Below are positions 20,137 to 29,674 of a stretch of 64,000 nucleotides of DNA, piece by piece. The position numbers and the translations under genes are program-made. The notes under the pieces are model-generated. The model did not search any database, was not told where the DNA came from, and saw only the letters and a program-made list of their open reading frames with translations. Position 1 is the first letter of the stretch. Every line of letters starts with the position of its first letter. Source of the stretch: Escherichia phage vB_EcoM_MM02; the sequence record MK373784.1. The stretch is one strand, 5' to 3'.

Positions 20137-22223
20137 TATCCTTGGACAAATTTAAACGGAACTGATTCTAAATCCATTAAAGATGCTAACAATTTCAAAC
20201 CTTTAGGTGCACTAGTTTTTTCTACAAATGAGGCAAAAGATACCGGCTCATCCGATTCGATTTCACCCGTCATAGCAACCACCTCGCCTGTTTCCATGAG
20301 AACATCACCATCATAAATGACGGCTTCATCCAACTGGTCTGAGGACATGACTTCAGCTTGAATAAATTTAAGGTTGGATTCTAAACCTGCACCGGTGTCA
20401 GATGACGCATCTGTAATTTTATTTATCTGCAAGAGAATGCCTCTAGGCAAAATAATTTCTTGCTCATTAGGGTGATTACTCAACTGTCCTGGATAAATCA
20501 CGTTAACTTTATGGGCGCCATCGATAGCCCATCCAACGTTAACACGGATTTGTTCTGGTGCATGCATAGCTGTTCTTACTTGACTAGGAGAAATAGTAAC
20601 ACCTTCGTCATTATTGTCAATGTTAAGCTCTTTGCGAACTTCTTCAGGAGCAAGTCCAAGGGCAACGTTCTCTTTAAACCCACCGAAAATAATAGGAGCT
20701 AGTGAAGTGGAAACATAGTTTCTGAAGTAGAATACCTTATTTTTAACCATTGCTTCGTAAATAGGCATTCTGATAGACTGAGCTCTATATAACGTTAGTC
20801 CTTCAGGTAAACGGTCTCCATTTAAAAACGCCGAATCAAGACCATCAATAGCGCGTTTAACTTCATCTTCATCCGCAACATCGTAAAAATCTGGTTTATA
20901 ACGACCTAACAACATATTATTGATATCTGTATATGCAGAAGAGGCATATTCACGAATAGCTCGTTTTTCAGCAACAGAGTATTGTTTAGGGTCCCGATTC
21001 ATTGTTATATTAAAGGTGCCTCTAGCCGATTCTCGGGCATAAGTATACATCACATTAGACAAGAACGCTGATTTACTTTGTTTCCAAGTTCTTTCAGATA
21101 CTTCAGCTAAAACGTCGTCAGGCAGTTGGAAATTATCACGTCTAAAATCTTCAAACCATTCGTCTTTAATAGAGTCTGCAATTTCATTTGCAGTTTCAAC
21201 AAAAGCAGCTAATGCTTTAACAGATGTTGTTTTTTCAGTTTTAATTTTCTTAGCAAACTTTTCTAAAGTCGGCTTAATAACACTACCATAAGAAACTTCA
21301 TCGGCAAATTTAAAGGATTCATCAATACGATTATAAATCTTATTTTCGATATCAGCAACTAAAGTGCCTTTTGCTGTGGATGATGCTTGGGCTAGTACGA
21401 TTTCATATGCTTCAGGAAGTAATTCGGCTGTAGCTGGGCCGCTAACTTCTTTAGCAGAATTTTCGTATTTCTGGAATAACTCACCTTCTTGTCGGTCAGC
21501 TTCTAAAGATTGACTTGCTGCAATAGCACGACGAGAAATTTTGGTGCGAGCAATAACAGGCTTATCTTTACGTTTTTCTTCTACCGCGGCAATAGAACCA
21601 GCGATAGCAGTTTCTTTGGTAACCGTTTCGCCAGTCTTTTTACTCACATAAACTTCGCCAACATCAGAATCTACTTTCGTGTACAACTCTGTGTTAATGT
21701 TAGGGATGCCTTTAATATCTTCAATGTTGGCATTTTTACGAACCATCATCACATAGGTGTGTTTACCTGTGAATTGATACATTGCCGACAATACTTTAAA
21801 ACGACCACCGGTTTTAGTAGAAACTAAACGAGCAAGAAGAGTTTGAAGCTGTTGTCCACGTCCTTTCAATTTCTTGGTAGGGAATCGGAACAGAACTGCA
21901 TCCATACGAAGAGCTTTAACTTGTTCATATACTGTATTGAAAATGGTGTTGATTGCATCAATAGGAGCAGGACCAAGGCCATTTTTCAATTCAGCGAGAT
22001 TACCCTTTTCAGACAGACTCATAATAACAACATGAGCGTATTTGTCGCCAAGTTTAACTTGTTTTACAGCGTCGCCTTCGGAAAGGTAAGAGAATAAACG
22101 AACTACAATATTTGTATCGATATCACCAATTTTCCAGACTTGTGGAACTTTAGCTTTAGGGTTCAAATTGACGACAGGAAGACTGCCTTCAGATTCAAAC
22201 ACTTCATTTAATTGTTCAGACAT
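20136..22223 (-). CDS. alt: Alt ADP-ribosyltransferase (head-packaged)
   Basis: 695 aa; ART-type motifs (LYRAQS, YVSTS, QEIILPRG); position between 54 and DNA ligase. Confidence 0.8.
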   Translation of the reverse strand: MSEQLNEVFESEGSLPVVNLNPKAKVPQVWKIGDIDTNIVVRLFSYLSEGDAVKQVKLGDKYAHVVIMSLSEKGNLAELKNGLGPAPIDAINTIFNTVYEQVKALRMDAVLFRFPTKKLKGRGQQLQTLLARLVSTKTGGRFKVLSAMYQFTGKHTYVMMVRKNANIEDIKGIPNINTELYTKVDSDVGEVYVSKKTGETVTKETAIAGSIAAVEEKRKDKPVIARTKISRRAIAASQSLEADRQEGELFQKYENSAKEVSGPATAELLPEAYEIVLAQASSTAKGTLVADIENKIYNRIDESFKFADEVSYGSVIKPTLEKFAKKIKTEKTTSVKALAAFVETANEIADSIKDEWFEDFRRDNFQLPDDVLAEVSERTWKQSKSAFLSNVMYTYARESARGTFNITMNRDPKQYSVAEKRAIREYASSAYTDINNMLLGRYKPDFYDVADEDEVKRAIDGLDSAFLNGDRLPEGLTLYRAQSIRMPIYEAMVKNKVFYFRNYVSTSLAPIIFGGFKENVALGLAPEEVRKELNIDNNDEGVTISPSQVRTAMHAPEQIRVNVGWAIDGAHKVNVIYPGQLSNHPNEQEIILPRGILLQINKITDASSDTGAGLESNLKFIQAEVMSSDQLDEAVIYDGDVLMETGEVVAMTGEIESDEPVSFASFVEKTSAPKGLKLLASLMDLESVPFKFVQG

Positions 22224-22263
22224 AGTGTTTTCCTTTTAGTAATAATTTATATTTATGCCAAAA

Positions 22264-22279
22264 AGAGCCCGAAGGCTCT
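22264..22279 (-). terminator. terminator-like hairpin downstream of 22279-22467
   Basis: agagcc-cgaa-ggctct; minus strand followed by T-run. Confidence 0.5.
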
Positions 22280-22467
22280 TAATCCACAATCGGAAGCAAA
22301 GTACGATAAACTTCAAAATTATAGCCTTTTTCGTACTTATCGAAATTGTCCATAAAAATATGATAGGAATCGTTATTAGGAAAATCTAATATAATCTGAG
22401 AGCAAGAGGTGGAAACATCTCCACCATCCTTCTTAGCTACAATAACTGTTTCTAAATAAGCTTTCAT
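22279..22467 (-). CDS. small hypothetical protein, ~62 aa
   Basis: ORF track starts at GTG 22488; ATG at 22465-22467 overlaps ligase stop. Confidence 0.4.
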   Translation of the reverse strand: MKAYLETVIVAKKDGGDVSTSCSQIILDFPNNDSYHIFMDNFDKYEKGYNFEVYRTLLPIVD

Positions 22468-23960
22468 TATAAACCTGTCTGGGACCACGGTCCAAATACG
22501 TCTTCAAACGAATCCGCTTCTGTTTTATCAAAACGGAACCCTTTAATAATTGGGAGGAAAATACCTACAGTACCTTCACGGCCTTTAGAATGAACCCAAC
22601 CATTACATTCACAATCAGCGATACGTCCAATTAATTTACCTTCACGAGCTTCGGTCATTAATCGTTCACGGTCTAAATCATGACGCTCGTCTAAAGGAAT
22701 AAGAACCTTTACACCGTCAACTGTTTTATGAGTTGTATCTTTAAAACCTGAACCGCAATCGGTTGTAATACGACGACAACGTGATACGAGTTCGACACCA
22801 CCTAATTTGTTAGGGTCTTTAGAGTGTTCATAGTATCCTACAACTTCTAAAGCGATATCAATAACTTCTTTAAATTTAATTAGGTTCTTAGAACGTTTGT
22901 TTTCCCAATATGAATCACGGTTTTTAAGGATAATACCTTCAAGACCTTGGTCAACATATTTTTTATAAACCACTTTAGCTTCGTCAAGATTACGAACTAA
23001 CTGATTTTCAATTGGCTCAATTCGTTTAAAGCCTTCGGCCATATTTTCAAGAGCAGCAAAACGAACATCGTATTTCTGACCTTTAATTTTGCCATCAGAA
23101 TAGACTTCATCTAAAGGAACATAGTCCCAGGCTTGAAGAACCATACCTTCCGCTTCTTTAGGAGAAATAGTCCCTTGAAGAGATTTATTTGCTAAACCGT
23201 TTGAAGTGCTACGGTCCGCAACTTGTACTTCTTCGGATTCTTCATTATCACCAAATAAGAACGACAGATCATTTCCTGAGCTCACAGCCTTTTTAATATC
23301 AAATGAATGGTAAACTAATTCACCGTCGATTAAAACCCCATTAGGGTGTCTTTCACGAGCTTCTTTAGTCATTTCCATTAGTTCATCCGCTAATAGGGTA
23401 AGACCATGGTATTCATTACCAGCACGAGAAAAGAATTGAACACCATCATCGCGAACTTCAGCGAAACAACGAGCGCCGTCTGCTTTTAATTGGGCAAATG
23501 CAGGCCATTTAATATTTTTAGTAATCAATTTCTCATCATATGCAGATGCTAACATCTGTGGCTGCAATTGAATAAGTCCAGGCCACACCTTATTCGCGAT
23601 AGACACTGAAGCACCTACTTCAAGGTCTCGCATCATTACACGACGAAGGACTTCTACATCATCAGGTTTACCGTCAGCGATATAACCCATGAGCTCTTTA
23701 ATTGCAGCATTACCAGTGAGTTTACGAGTGGCTAATGTGAACTCAATAAAATCCAACATGTCATCTAATTCAAGAAGACCATATGCTTGAGACCTTTCAC
23801 CTGGTCCTGGCCATTTCTTAATATAATACTGGATACCGCGTGCATATGTTAAACGATACACACGTTCAAGTAATTTGTTGTCCTTATTTTTCTTAAGGAT
23901 TTCTTGTTTTGTTTTAGTAGAACCGATCGCAGCTATTTGGTTTAAAATATCTAAAATCAT
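22467..23960 (-). CDS. 30: ATP-dependent DNA ligase gp30
   Basis: 497 aa; N-terminus MILDILNQIAAIGSTK and C-terminal CECNGW...FEDVFG match T4 DNA ligase pattern; KADGAR adenylation motif. Confidence 0.9.
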   Translation of the reverse strand: MILDILNQIAAIGSTKTKQEILKKNKDNKLLERVYRLTYARGIQYYIKKWPGPGERSQAYGLLELDDMLDFIEFTLATRKLTGNAAIKELMGYIADGKPDDVEVLRRVMMRDLEVGASVSIANKVWPGLIQLQPQMLASAYDEKLITKNIKWPAFAQLKADGARCFAEVRDDGVQFFSRAGNEYHGLTLLADELMEMTKEARERHPNGVLIDGELVYHSFDIKKAVSSGNDLSFLFGDNEESEEVQVADRSTSNGLANKSLQGTISPKEAEGMVLQAWDYVPLDEVYSDGKIKGQKYDVRFAALENMAEGFKRIEPIENQLVRNLDEAKVVYKKYVDQGLEGIILKNRDSYWENKRSKNLIKFKEVIDIALEVVGYYEHSKDPNKLGGVELVSRCRRITTDCGSGFKDTTHKTVDGVKVLIPLDERHDLDRERLMTEAREGKLIGRIADCECNGWVHSKGREGTVGIFLPIIKGFRFDKTEADSFEDVFGPWSQTGL

Positions 23961-24226
23961 TTGATGTCCTCGATTTTGGTTACGGTTCTATTATAAGCCA
24001 CTTCATCTAGAAGCGATTTCAACGTTTTCTGATAAGTGGTAATCCATTTACCGAGCCCTTCAACATAGTATTCTGAAATGTAGATGAACCCTTGTTCAAC
24101 ACACTCTTTAAATATTTCTGCGTCTTTTACTGAACGAAATAAGGGCCAGTCTCGAAAGAACATGTTAACGTGACCGTAGTCACGCGTTGTGTTTTTGCCA
24201 TCTGTAATATCATGAACTACAAACAT
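23957..24226 (-). CDS. hypothetical protein, 89 aa (30.1 position)
   Basis: ATG ORF overlapping ligase start. Confidence 0.45.
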   Translation of the reverse strand: MFVVHDITDGKNTTRDYGHVNMFFRDWPLFRSVKDAEIFKECVEQGFIYISEYYVEGLGKWITTYQKTLKSLLDEVAYNRTVTKIEDIK

Positions 24227-24235
24227 AATTGACCC

Positions 24236-25060
24236 TTAACAATTTATAGACCAAGTCCATTTAGACGAATCTAAAGGAAAGTTTTGAATCGTCCACCACG
24301 GCTGCATATCAGTTGGTCCTGGGGTTCGCCAGGTATATGGAGTACGTGTTGTCGAGGGGCCACCAATTTGATTAGGCCATGCACCTGGACTTGTTGCACC
24401 AGATTCTTTAAGCAAATCCGCCAATCGTTTTAAAAGGTCTTCATGATCTGAATCTGAATTATTCTTAGGCAGAACCAAACGAGATTCAATATCATCCCAT
24501 GTGTGTACACGTTGTGCAGTGCGAGGAATATCATCACGTTCACCACGAGCCAACCAATAAATCGGTACATTAAGAATTTCTGCCGCATGGTCACAATGAT
24601 GAGCTAAATCGTCAACGTAACAAATTACGTTATATTTTGTTTTAGCTAGTTCGAATAATTGTTCCTTTGAAGAATCATGACCACACATCATTACTTCAGA
24701 GAAAGCGCCTGGGAACAAAGCATTCAAATTAAATTGTCTATTCAATCGAGCATCAATTGAATCACCTAGCGCCGTCACGGCTACAAAATTATAGTCTTCT
24801 TTTAGTTTATTGATAACTCGAAGAGCATCAGAATAAGGCGCTAAGTAACGAATAAAATCAGAGCTATTATATTTTTCTATTAATTGTTTACCAAGGTTAT
24901 CGTCGGTATTGAACAGTTTACCAGGAGAAATAAATTTTTCGTCCTGAATCATTTTTAAAATATGTTCTAATGGAAGGTTATATTTTTGGGCAAAATAAGG
25001 AAGTCCAGATTGCCAGCTTAAACATACACCATCAATATCAGTCAAAATAGTAGGCTTCAT
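24236..25060 (-). CDS. HAD-superfamily hydrolase-like protein (30.2 position)
   Basis: 274 aa; N-terminal DIDGV (HAD motif I); Trp/Pro-rich C-terminal tail. Confidence 0.5.
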   Translation of the reverse strand: MKPTILTDIDGVCLSWQSGLPYFAQKYNLPLEHILKMIQDEKFISPGKLFNTDDNLGKQLIEKYNSSDFIRYLAPYSDALRVINKLKEDYNFVAVTALGDSIDARLNRQFNLNALFPGAFSEVMMCGHDSSKEQLFELAKTKYNVICYVDDLAHHCDHAAEILNVPIYWLARGERDDIPRTAQRVHTWDDIESRLVLPKNNSDSDHEDLLKRLADLLKESGATSPGAWPNQIGGPSTTRTPYTWRTPGPTDMQPWWTIQNFPLDSSKWTWSINC

Positions 25061-25524
25061 AAAGAGTCTCTTAATAGGTTTAACACGTCAATAAATTCAT
25101 CTTCAGTTAGTATTGTATCATCTTTTGTTAGGTGGCTGGCCATGCTGTGCTTCAAAATTTTTCCTTTAGAGGCTTGTAAGGCATCGCGAAACCCCTTGTT
25201 TTGGATCGCGGCTTCAAAATATGCATTTGTGTATAATTCTTTCCACGCTTCAGAGTATCTTGAAAATGGAACTCCTAACCAGAAGAGAGTCCCACGGTCC
25301 TGAGCTCTTGCGTAAGACCTTCCAGCTTGCTGTGCAACCAATCCAGACAACCCAAATATACGTCTTTGTTGTTCAACATTTTTCACCTTACATCCTTGGA
25401 GAAATCCTTCAAGACCTCCGAATTGAATACCATCCATAACAAAAGGCCATTGAGCAAAGTTACTTAATGCACATGACGGCCACTTGAAATTACTTCTTAT
25501 TTCTAATTCAGACATCTTTAACAC
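25057..25524 (-). CDS. NADAR / YbiA-like (DUF1768) domain protein
   Basis: LSNFAQWP segment aligns with YbiA FSNFAAWP; ~150 aa; likely start at ATG 25515 rather than GTG 25524. Confidence 0.55.
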   Translation of the reverse strand: MLKMSELEIRSNFKWPSCALSNFAQWPFVMDGIQFGGLEGFLQGCKVKNVEQQRRIFGLSGLVAQQAGRSYARAQDRGTLFWLGVPFSRYSEAWKELYTNAYFEAAIQNKGFRDALQASKGKILKHSMASHLTKDDTILTEDEFIDVLNLLRDSL

Positions 25525-25726
25525 TTATAATTTCAACATCAGCCCAATGTCCGTATCCAGGTATACGGTCTTCGATAGATAAATTTCTGTCATTTTTAGG
25601 CATTTTAATTGACGTAACGTATGGTTCTAAACGGTTTTCCGCGTAATATGGAAAAACGTCGGTTACACGATAAGTAACTTCAATCATTTCCGTACCAAAC
25701 AATTTCTGGATTAATTTATTCAACAT
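25508..25726 (-). CDS. hypothetical protein, 72 aa
   Basis: ATG ORF in 30.x cluster. Confidence 0.4.
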   Translation of the reverse strand: MLNKLIQKLFGTEMIEVTYRVTDVFPYYAENRLEPYVTSIKMPKNDRNLSIEDRIPGYGHWADVEIISVKDV

Positions 25727-25913
25727 GTTTCAACCCTTTAATAGGAGATAACTCTTTACCCATACGTATGTCAGAAGTCCCATCAACCCATTGAACAGCA
25801 TACGCTTCATTGATAATTCCAGCGGCAGTTTTAAATTCTTTGAGAACTTTAAAAATCATCCCAGGGATTCCAACACCTTTTAATTGGACTGTTTGTGCTA
25901 TTAAAAATTTCAT
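25716..25913 (-). CDS. hypothetical protein, 65 aa
   Basis: ATG ORF in 30.x cluster. Confidence 0.4.
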   Translation of the reverse strand: MKFLIAQTVQLKGVGIPGMIFKVLKEFKTAAGIINEAYAVQWVDGTSDIRMGKELSPIKGLKHVE

Positions 25914-25967
25914 ATTTTTCCACTTACTAAAGAAATCATTATACTCTAATCCGTCCTTGGATGTACA

Positions 25968-26582
25968 CTACTTAATGAAATTAATTTCTACCGGATGAAC
26001 AACAGGTTGAGCAGTGATATATTGAGTAATTGCTTTCATGACTAGAGCTTCAGAACCAGGATTTTTCTCAACGAATTCACGTGCTAGGTTATGAGCTTCG
26101 AGTTCACTCAATAAACCGGAACGCTGGCATCCACGGTCTTGAGTACCCTGTTCAGATAAAAGGACTACTACATATTTTTCATCGTCGTATGGCTTAGCCA
26201 GTTGAGCAAATGTTCCTTTACTTCCAAAAGGAGAGTTATGTCGCCACATCACGCCGTGAGGAGTTTCAACCTTCGTATATTCGTGCGGTCCATTTTTCTT
26301 AGTTTCTTGATGTGGAACTTCATAGACTTTAGGGTTAGGACATTCAATAAAATGCTCATCTAAATCGGTCGAGAATATTAAAGTAAAACAATTACTGAAT
26401 TTACCAACACCGGCCTGATAAATTTTACCTTCAGAAGTTCTAATTTCACAAACCGAGCCGGCATCAGTAACTTCTAAAACTTCAAAAGGCTCGATAAGGT
26501 CATATGAGAACATGTTTTTAAGGCGTGGAGTAATATCCCCATTTTTAAAATTCATTTTATAAAAAGTATTAACTTTAAACAT
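25968..26582 (-). CDS. hypothetical protein, ~204 aa
   Basis: ORF track starts at TTG 26612 inside a hairpin; ATG 26580-26582 with SD GAGGAAA. Confidence 0.5.
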   Translation of the reverse strand: MFKVNTFYKMNFKNGDITPRLKNMFSYDLIEPFEVLEVTDAGSVCEIRTSEGKIYQAGVGKFSNCFTLIFSTDLDEHFIECPNPKVYEVPHQETKKNGPHEYTKVETPHGVMWRHNSPFGSKGTFAQLAKPYDDEKYVVVLLSEQGTQDRGCQRSGLLSELEAHNLAREFVEKNPGSEALVMKAITQYITAQPVVHPVEINFIK

Positions 26583-26594
26583 AATTTCCTCAAT

Positions 26595-26610
26595 GGGAGC
26601 CGAAGCTCCC
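26595..26610 (-). promoter_or_regulatory. intercistronic GC hairpin without U-tract, just 5' of SD of 25968-26582
   Basis: gggagc-cgaa-gctccc. Confidence 0.4.
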
Positions 26611-26617
26611 AATTAAT

Positions 26618-26983
26618 TTAGATATCAAATTCGTTAAGAACTACATCAAAGATTGCTTCGAGATGTTCAGGTTTAGCTCGGTTACTCAGGATATGACGAA
26701 TCCAAGATTTAACCAGAAGTTTACGATTAACACCATTCCAGCAAGGATGAGTACCTAAATCACGCTGACGGAAATCATCATCTAATGCAATTTTAAAATT
26801 TGAACCTTCCATCGTGATTGAAACCGTGATACCATTTTCAAATCGCATATAAACGTAATTAGGAGTCATGCACTGTTCGATTTCACAAACTGTACCGTTT
26901 TCGTGTTTCCATAAGCAAATAACTTCAGAAGAACCAGCAATACCGTTAGAAACATATTTACGTTCGAAGTTGGTGTAGTTCAT
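26618..26983 (-). CDS. hypothetical protein, 121 aa
   Basis: ATG ORF; early promoter with 8-bp inverted repeat upstream. Confidence 0.5.
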   Translation of the reverse strand: MNYTNFERKYVSNGIAGSSEVICLWKHENGTVCEIEQCMTPNYVYMRFENGITVSITMEGSNFKIALDDDFRQRDLGTHPCWNGVNRKLLVKSWIRHILSNRAKPEHLEAIFDVVLNEFDI

Positions 26984-27013
26984 TTTATTCTCCAGATGTT
27001 TAAGTTGTTTGTT

Positions 27014-27053
27014 GGTACAGGTCTATAATAACATAACCTGTACCAAAGTAAAC
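27014..27053 (-). promoter_or_regulatory. early promoter with embedded 8-bp inverted repeat
   Basis: Minus strand GTTTAC-N17-TATTAT; arms GGTACAGG (27014-27021) and CCTGTACC (27037-27044) flank the -10. Confidence 0.5.
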
Positions 27054-27057
27054 TGTT

Positions 27058-27426
27058 TTATGCAACTTTAATCCAATTGTCTAAATTTAAAACACCTTTG
27101 GCTTTCATTTTTTCTATCAGGTTATCTGCTGTAATGCGTCCATTTTGATACCATGTAACATCTTCAGAGTAACCAGTTTCTTCGTCAACATATGTTTCTG
27201 AACGAATTTTACCGGTAATAATAGTTTTTAATTCGTATGTGTCACCTGTGAAAAAGTTTGCTAACACAATTTTCCAAGAGAAATCATCAGAAGGACCTTC
27301 AGGGGTCATACAACCTACGAACTCAAATTGCTCTTTGTATAACATCCACTGGAATTCTTTAATTTCGATAGCTTTATAACCATCGTGGTCTTTACATTTG
27401 ATGTATGAGTTCAGATTGATTTTCAT
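27058..27426 (-). CDS. hypothetical protein, 122 aa
   Basis: ATG ORF; early promoter upstream; shares CMTP motif with 26618-26983 product (weak, possible paralog). Confidence 0.5.
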   Translation of the reverse strand: MKINLNSYIKCKDHDGYKAIEIKEFQWMLYKEQFEFVGCMTPEGPSDDFSWKIVLANFFTGDTYELKTIITGKIRSETYVDEETGYSEDVTWYQNGRITADNLIEKMKAKGVLNLDNWIKVA

Positions 27427-27468
27427 TTTGTTCTCCAGGTTGTTTTATTGATTAGATGGTACAAGTCT

Positions 27469-27497
27469 ATAGTAACACATCCTACAGGAGAGTAAAC
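27469..27497 (-). promoter_or_regulatory. early promoter (GTTTAC-N17-TACTAT)
   Basis: Upstream of 27058-27426. Confidence 0.45.
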
Positions 27498-27533
27498 ATC
27501 TTTTTAAACTTTTTCTGCCCTAAACGCACAAAA

Positions 27534-27551
27534 GGGAGACCGAAGTCTCCC
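27534..27551 (-). terminator. terminator after small basic protein gene
   Basis: gggagac-cgaa-gtctccc; minus strand followed by tttt. Confidence 0.6.
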
Positions 27552-27556
27552 TAAAA

Positions 27557-27736
27557 TTATGCAACAACCTTTCCAAAACGAGAAGCATCATCTCGAAGAA
27601 CTGCACGTGCTCTGCGCATGATCTTCTCAACTGTTTGATTAATACGAGAGTTCGACCCACGCTTGTATCCAGCGCGTTTAGAGGTACCATCAACTTTCTT
27701 TTCAACTGCTTTCTTTGCTTTAGCTTGTTTTGCCAT
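27557..27736 (-). CDS. small basic hypothetical protein, 59 aa (30.9 position)
   Basis: Hand-translated MAKQAKAKKAVEKK...; ATG 27734-27736; terminator hairpin directly downstream. Confidence 0.45.
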   Translation of the reverse strand: MAKQAKAKKAVEKKVDGTSKRAGYKRGSNSRINQTVEKIMRRARAVLRDDASRFGKVVA

Positions 27737-28031
27737 TATAAATTCTCTTTAAATGAAAATGCAGGACTTATTGACATTGCCTGCGCAAGCCCTCAAGGGG
27801 AACATAGGTTTTGGATATTTAACGACAGGATAACCATAAACCCGTCATCATACCAACCACGACTTAGACAGATAACCTTTTTCTGACGCGTGATAGTACA
27901 AAATACATTCAAGAGGTACACCGTAAAACTGCCGGGGCCTTAAAACTATAATGATTCGCAAATCATTAATCAGACAGTTCGACGGCTCCTCGATTTTCTA
28001 GCCGCACTTAAGGTAGCGAATCACCTAAAAC

Positions 28032-28280
28032 TTATTTAAGGGTAATAACAAAATGACGTACTGCTTTACGAGCTGCAGAAGCCAAAGGCTTAGCATATTT
28101 CAGTTCATCTTTTGCTTCCAGTTCAGAGGCCAAAGCTGCCTGTACCGGGTTCAGATGTTTGAAATAATGCAGGATTTCCAGTGCTTCGGCTTCAACATCA
28201 ATCGACGCGCCGTAGTTTTCGTGACCGTTATTCCATGCGTTTCGTTGCAGTTCAAGAGCGTGTTGTAATTGTTTAATCAT
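28032..28280 (-). CDS. rIII: rIII lysis-inhibition accessory protein
   Basis: 82 aa, same length as T4 rIII; position adjacent to gene 31. Confidence 0.7.
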   Translation of the reverse strand: MIKQLQHALELQRNAWNNGHENYGASIDVEAEALEILHYFKHLNPVQAALASELEAKDELKYAKPLASAARKAVRHFVITLK

Positions 28281-28404
28281 TTTAAATTCTCAATTCGAGA
28301 TAATATTTAGTAGCCACGTTCGTCTGAATTTCACCTTCTTTCGACAAGTCTCTCAGTTGTAGGCTACCGCTTAGAAGAGTGTTCTCTTCATATAGTTATT
28401 TATA

Positions 28405-28737
28405 TCACTTATAAAGACACGGAATAGCTTTATAGTGGCATGTTACGAATTTCTGTTTAATTTCTTTAGGTTGTTTAAGTCCCAAAGCCACAAATGGATG
28501 TGGAACATTTCGAATTTGTCCAACTGGTAGTGGAGTCAAATCACCGACTTCAACAAAACCTTCAGGAACATCAGGACCTACAGAATGAACTACACATAGT
28601 TCAGGAACTTCACCTTGAACACGTTTACCAATCACAAGTCCTGATTCGGTAACTTCTTCATCACCTGCTTGAGCGGGTTCAGAAACCAGAATGACATATT
28701 CACCAACAGCACGAATTGGGAGTTGTACTTCAGACAT
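28405..28737 (-). CDS. 31: gp31 co-chaperonin (GroES-like)
   Basis: 110 aa; MotA-box middle promoter upstream. Confidence 0.8.
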   Translation of the reverse strand: MSEVQLPIRAVGEYVILVSEPAQAGDEEVTESGLVIGKRVQGEVPELCVVHSVGPDVPEGFVEVGDLTPLPVGQIRNVPHPFVALGLKQPKEIKQKFVTCHYKAIPCLYK

Positions 28738-28767
28738 CTTATTTCCTTGTTGTTTGACGATAGATTA

Positions 28768-28792
28768 ATAATACCATACTATTCGTAAAGCA
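28768..28792 (-). promoter_or_regulatory. MotA-dependent middle promoter candidate upstream of gene 31
   Basis: Minus strand reads TGCTTTA (MotA box), 12-bp spacer, TATTAT. Confidence 0.5.
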
Positions 28793-28794
28793 TA

Positions 28795-29091
28795 TTACAT
28801 AAGAAGCAAACGTTCTACCGGAGTACCATCAACCGAAATTACTTTATCAAGGCGGAAAGAACGCCACTGACCTAACTTGGTATCGAATGCTCGAACTGAT
28901 TCACGAGGTTCAGAACGAACTTCTGTTGCCGGATTGTTATTTTCATATTTGACTTCAAGTTCATCGCGCGAAGCAAACATAGTGCGTACCTCACCGTTAG
29001 CCTTTTCAAATACAACACAATGAACGCCTACAGACAGAATAGTTTTAATACGTTCACGAAGAACCATAGTTTCTTGTTCAGTTAAAATCAT
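28795..29091 (-). CDS. hypothetical protein, ~98 aa (31.1 position)
   Basis: ORF track starts at GTG 29103; in-frame ATG at 29089-29091. Confidence 0.45.
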   Translation of the reverse strand: MILTEQETMVLRERIKTILSVGVHCVVFEKANGEVRTMFASRDELEVKYENNNPATEVRSEPRESVRAFDTKLGQWRSFRLDKVISVDGTPVERLLLM

Positions 29092-29092
29092 A

Positions 29093-29674
29093 TTATTCAC
29101 CACAAAAGTTTCGGATTTGTTCCCAATTCAGAGAACGAAGATTATTACGAGAGTACTGAATTACTTCAATACCGGCTTGTTTTAGAATGTCTGCCCAATT
29201 TTCAGGAGATCTGTCATATAATTCTGCGTATACAACCTTTTTAATACCTGACTGTGTAATAGCTTTAGTGCAATCAGGACACGGAGAAAGCGTAGTATAT
29301 AACGTAGCACCTTCAATAGAATTACCTTTACGAGCTGCAAACAAAATTGCATTCAGTTCCGCATGGATTTCGTTATTAGCAGACCATGCACTATGAGCGG
29401 CCCGATGTTCTTTAGCCAAAACAAAATTATCTGCCCGTCCAAATGCTGTAGTGCCTTCTTTATGCCCAGCAACGATGACCGGGCTTGGTTTATTCTTCAA
29501 CCAACCGTTTTCGGATGCATGTTCGCAACAGTTTGTACCACCTGAAGGAGAGCCATTATAACCTGTAGAAATAATGCGTCCATCTTTTTCAATGACGGCG
29601 CCAACTTTCCATGAACAACATTTTGATTCTTGAGAAATCAGATATGCAATCTGAAGGTATGTGCTAGCTTTCAT
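29093..29674 (-). CDS. cd: dCMP deaminase
   Basis: 193 aa; zinc-binding HAELNAI and SPCPDC motifs; N-terminus matches T4 Cd pattern. Confidence 0.9.
   Translation of the reverse strand: MKASTYLQIAYLISQESKCCSWKVGAVIEKDGRIISTGYNGSPSGGTNCCEHASENGWLKNKPSPVIVAGHKEGTTAFGRADNFVLAKEHRAAHSAWSANNEIHAELNAILFAARKGNSIEGATLYTTLSPCPDCTKAITQSGIKKVVYAELYDRSPENWADILKQAGIEVIQYSRNNLRSLNWEQIRNFCGE

Noticed and set aside
27520-27705. ORF-track CDS 27520-27705 (61 aa, minus)
   Set aside because: It runs through the terminator hairpin and lacks an SD; the overlapping frame 27557-27736 has an ATG, a basic plausible product and ends just before the terminator.
27737-28031. tRNA or group I intron in the rIII-downstream gap
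   Set aside because: No cloverleaf, conserved T-loop or intron core elements could be recognised by eye; left as an unassigned noncoding region.
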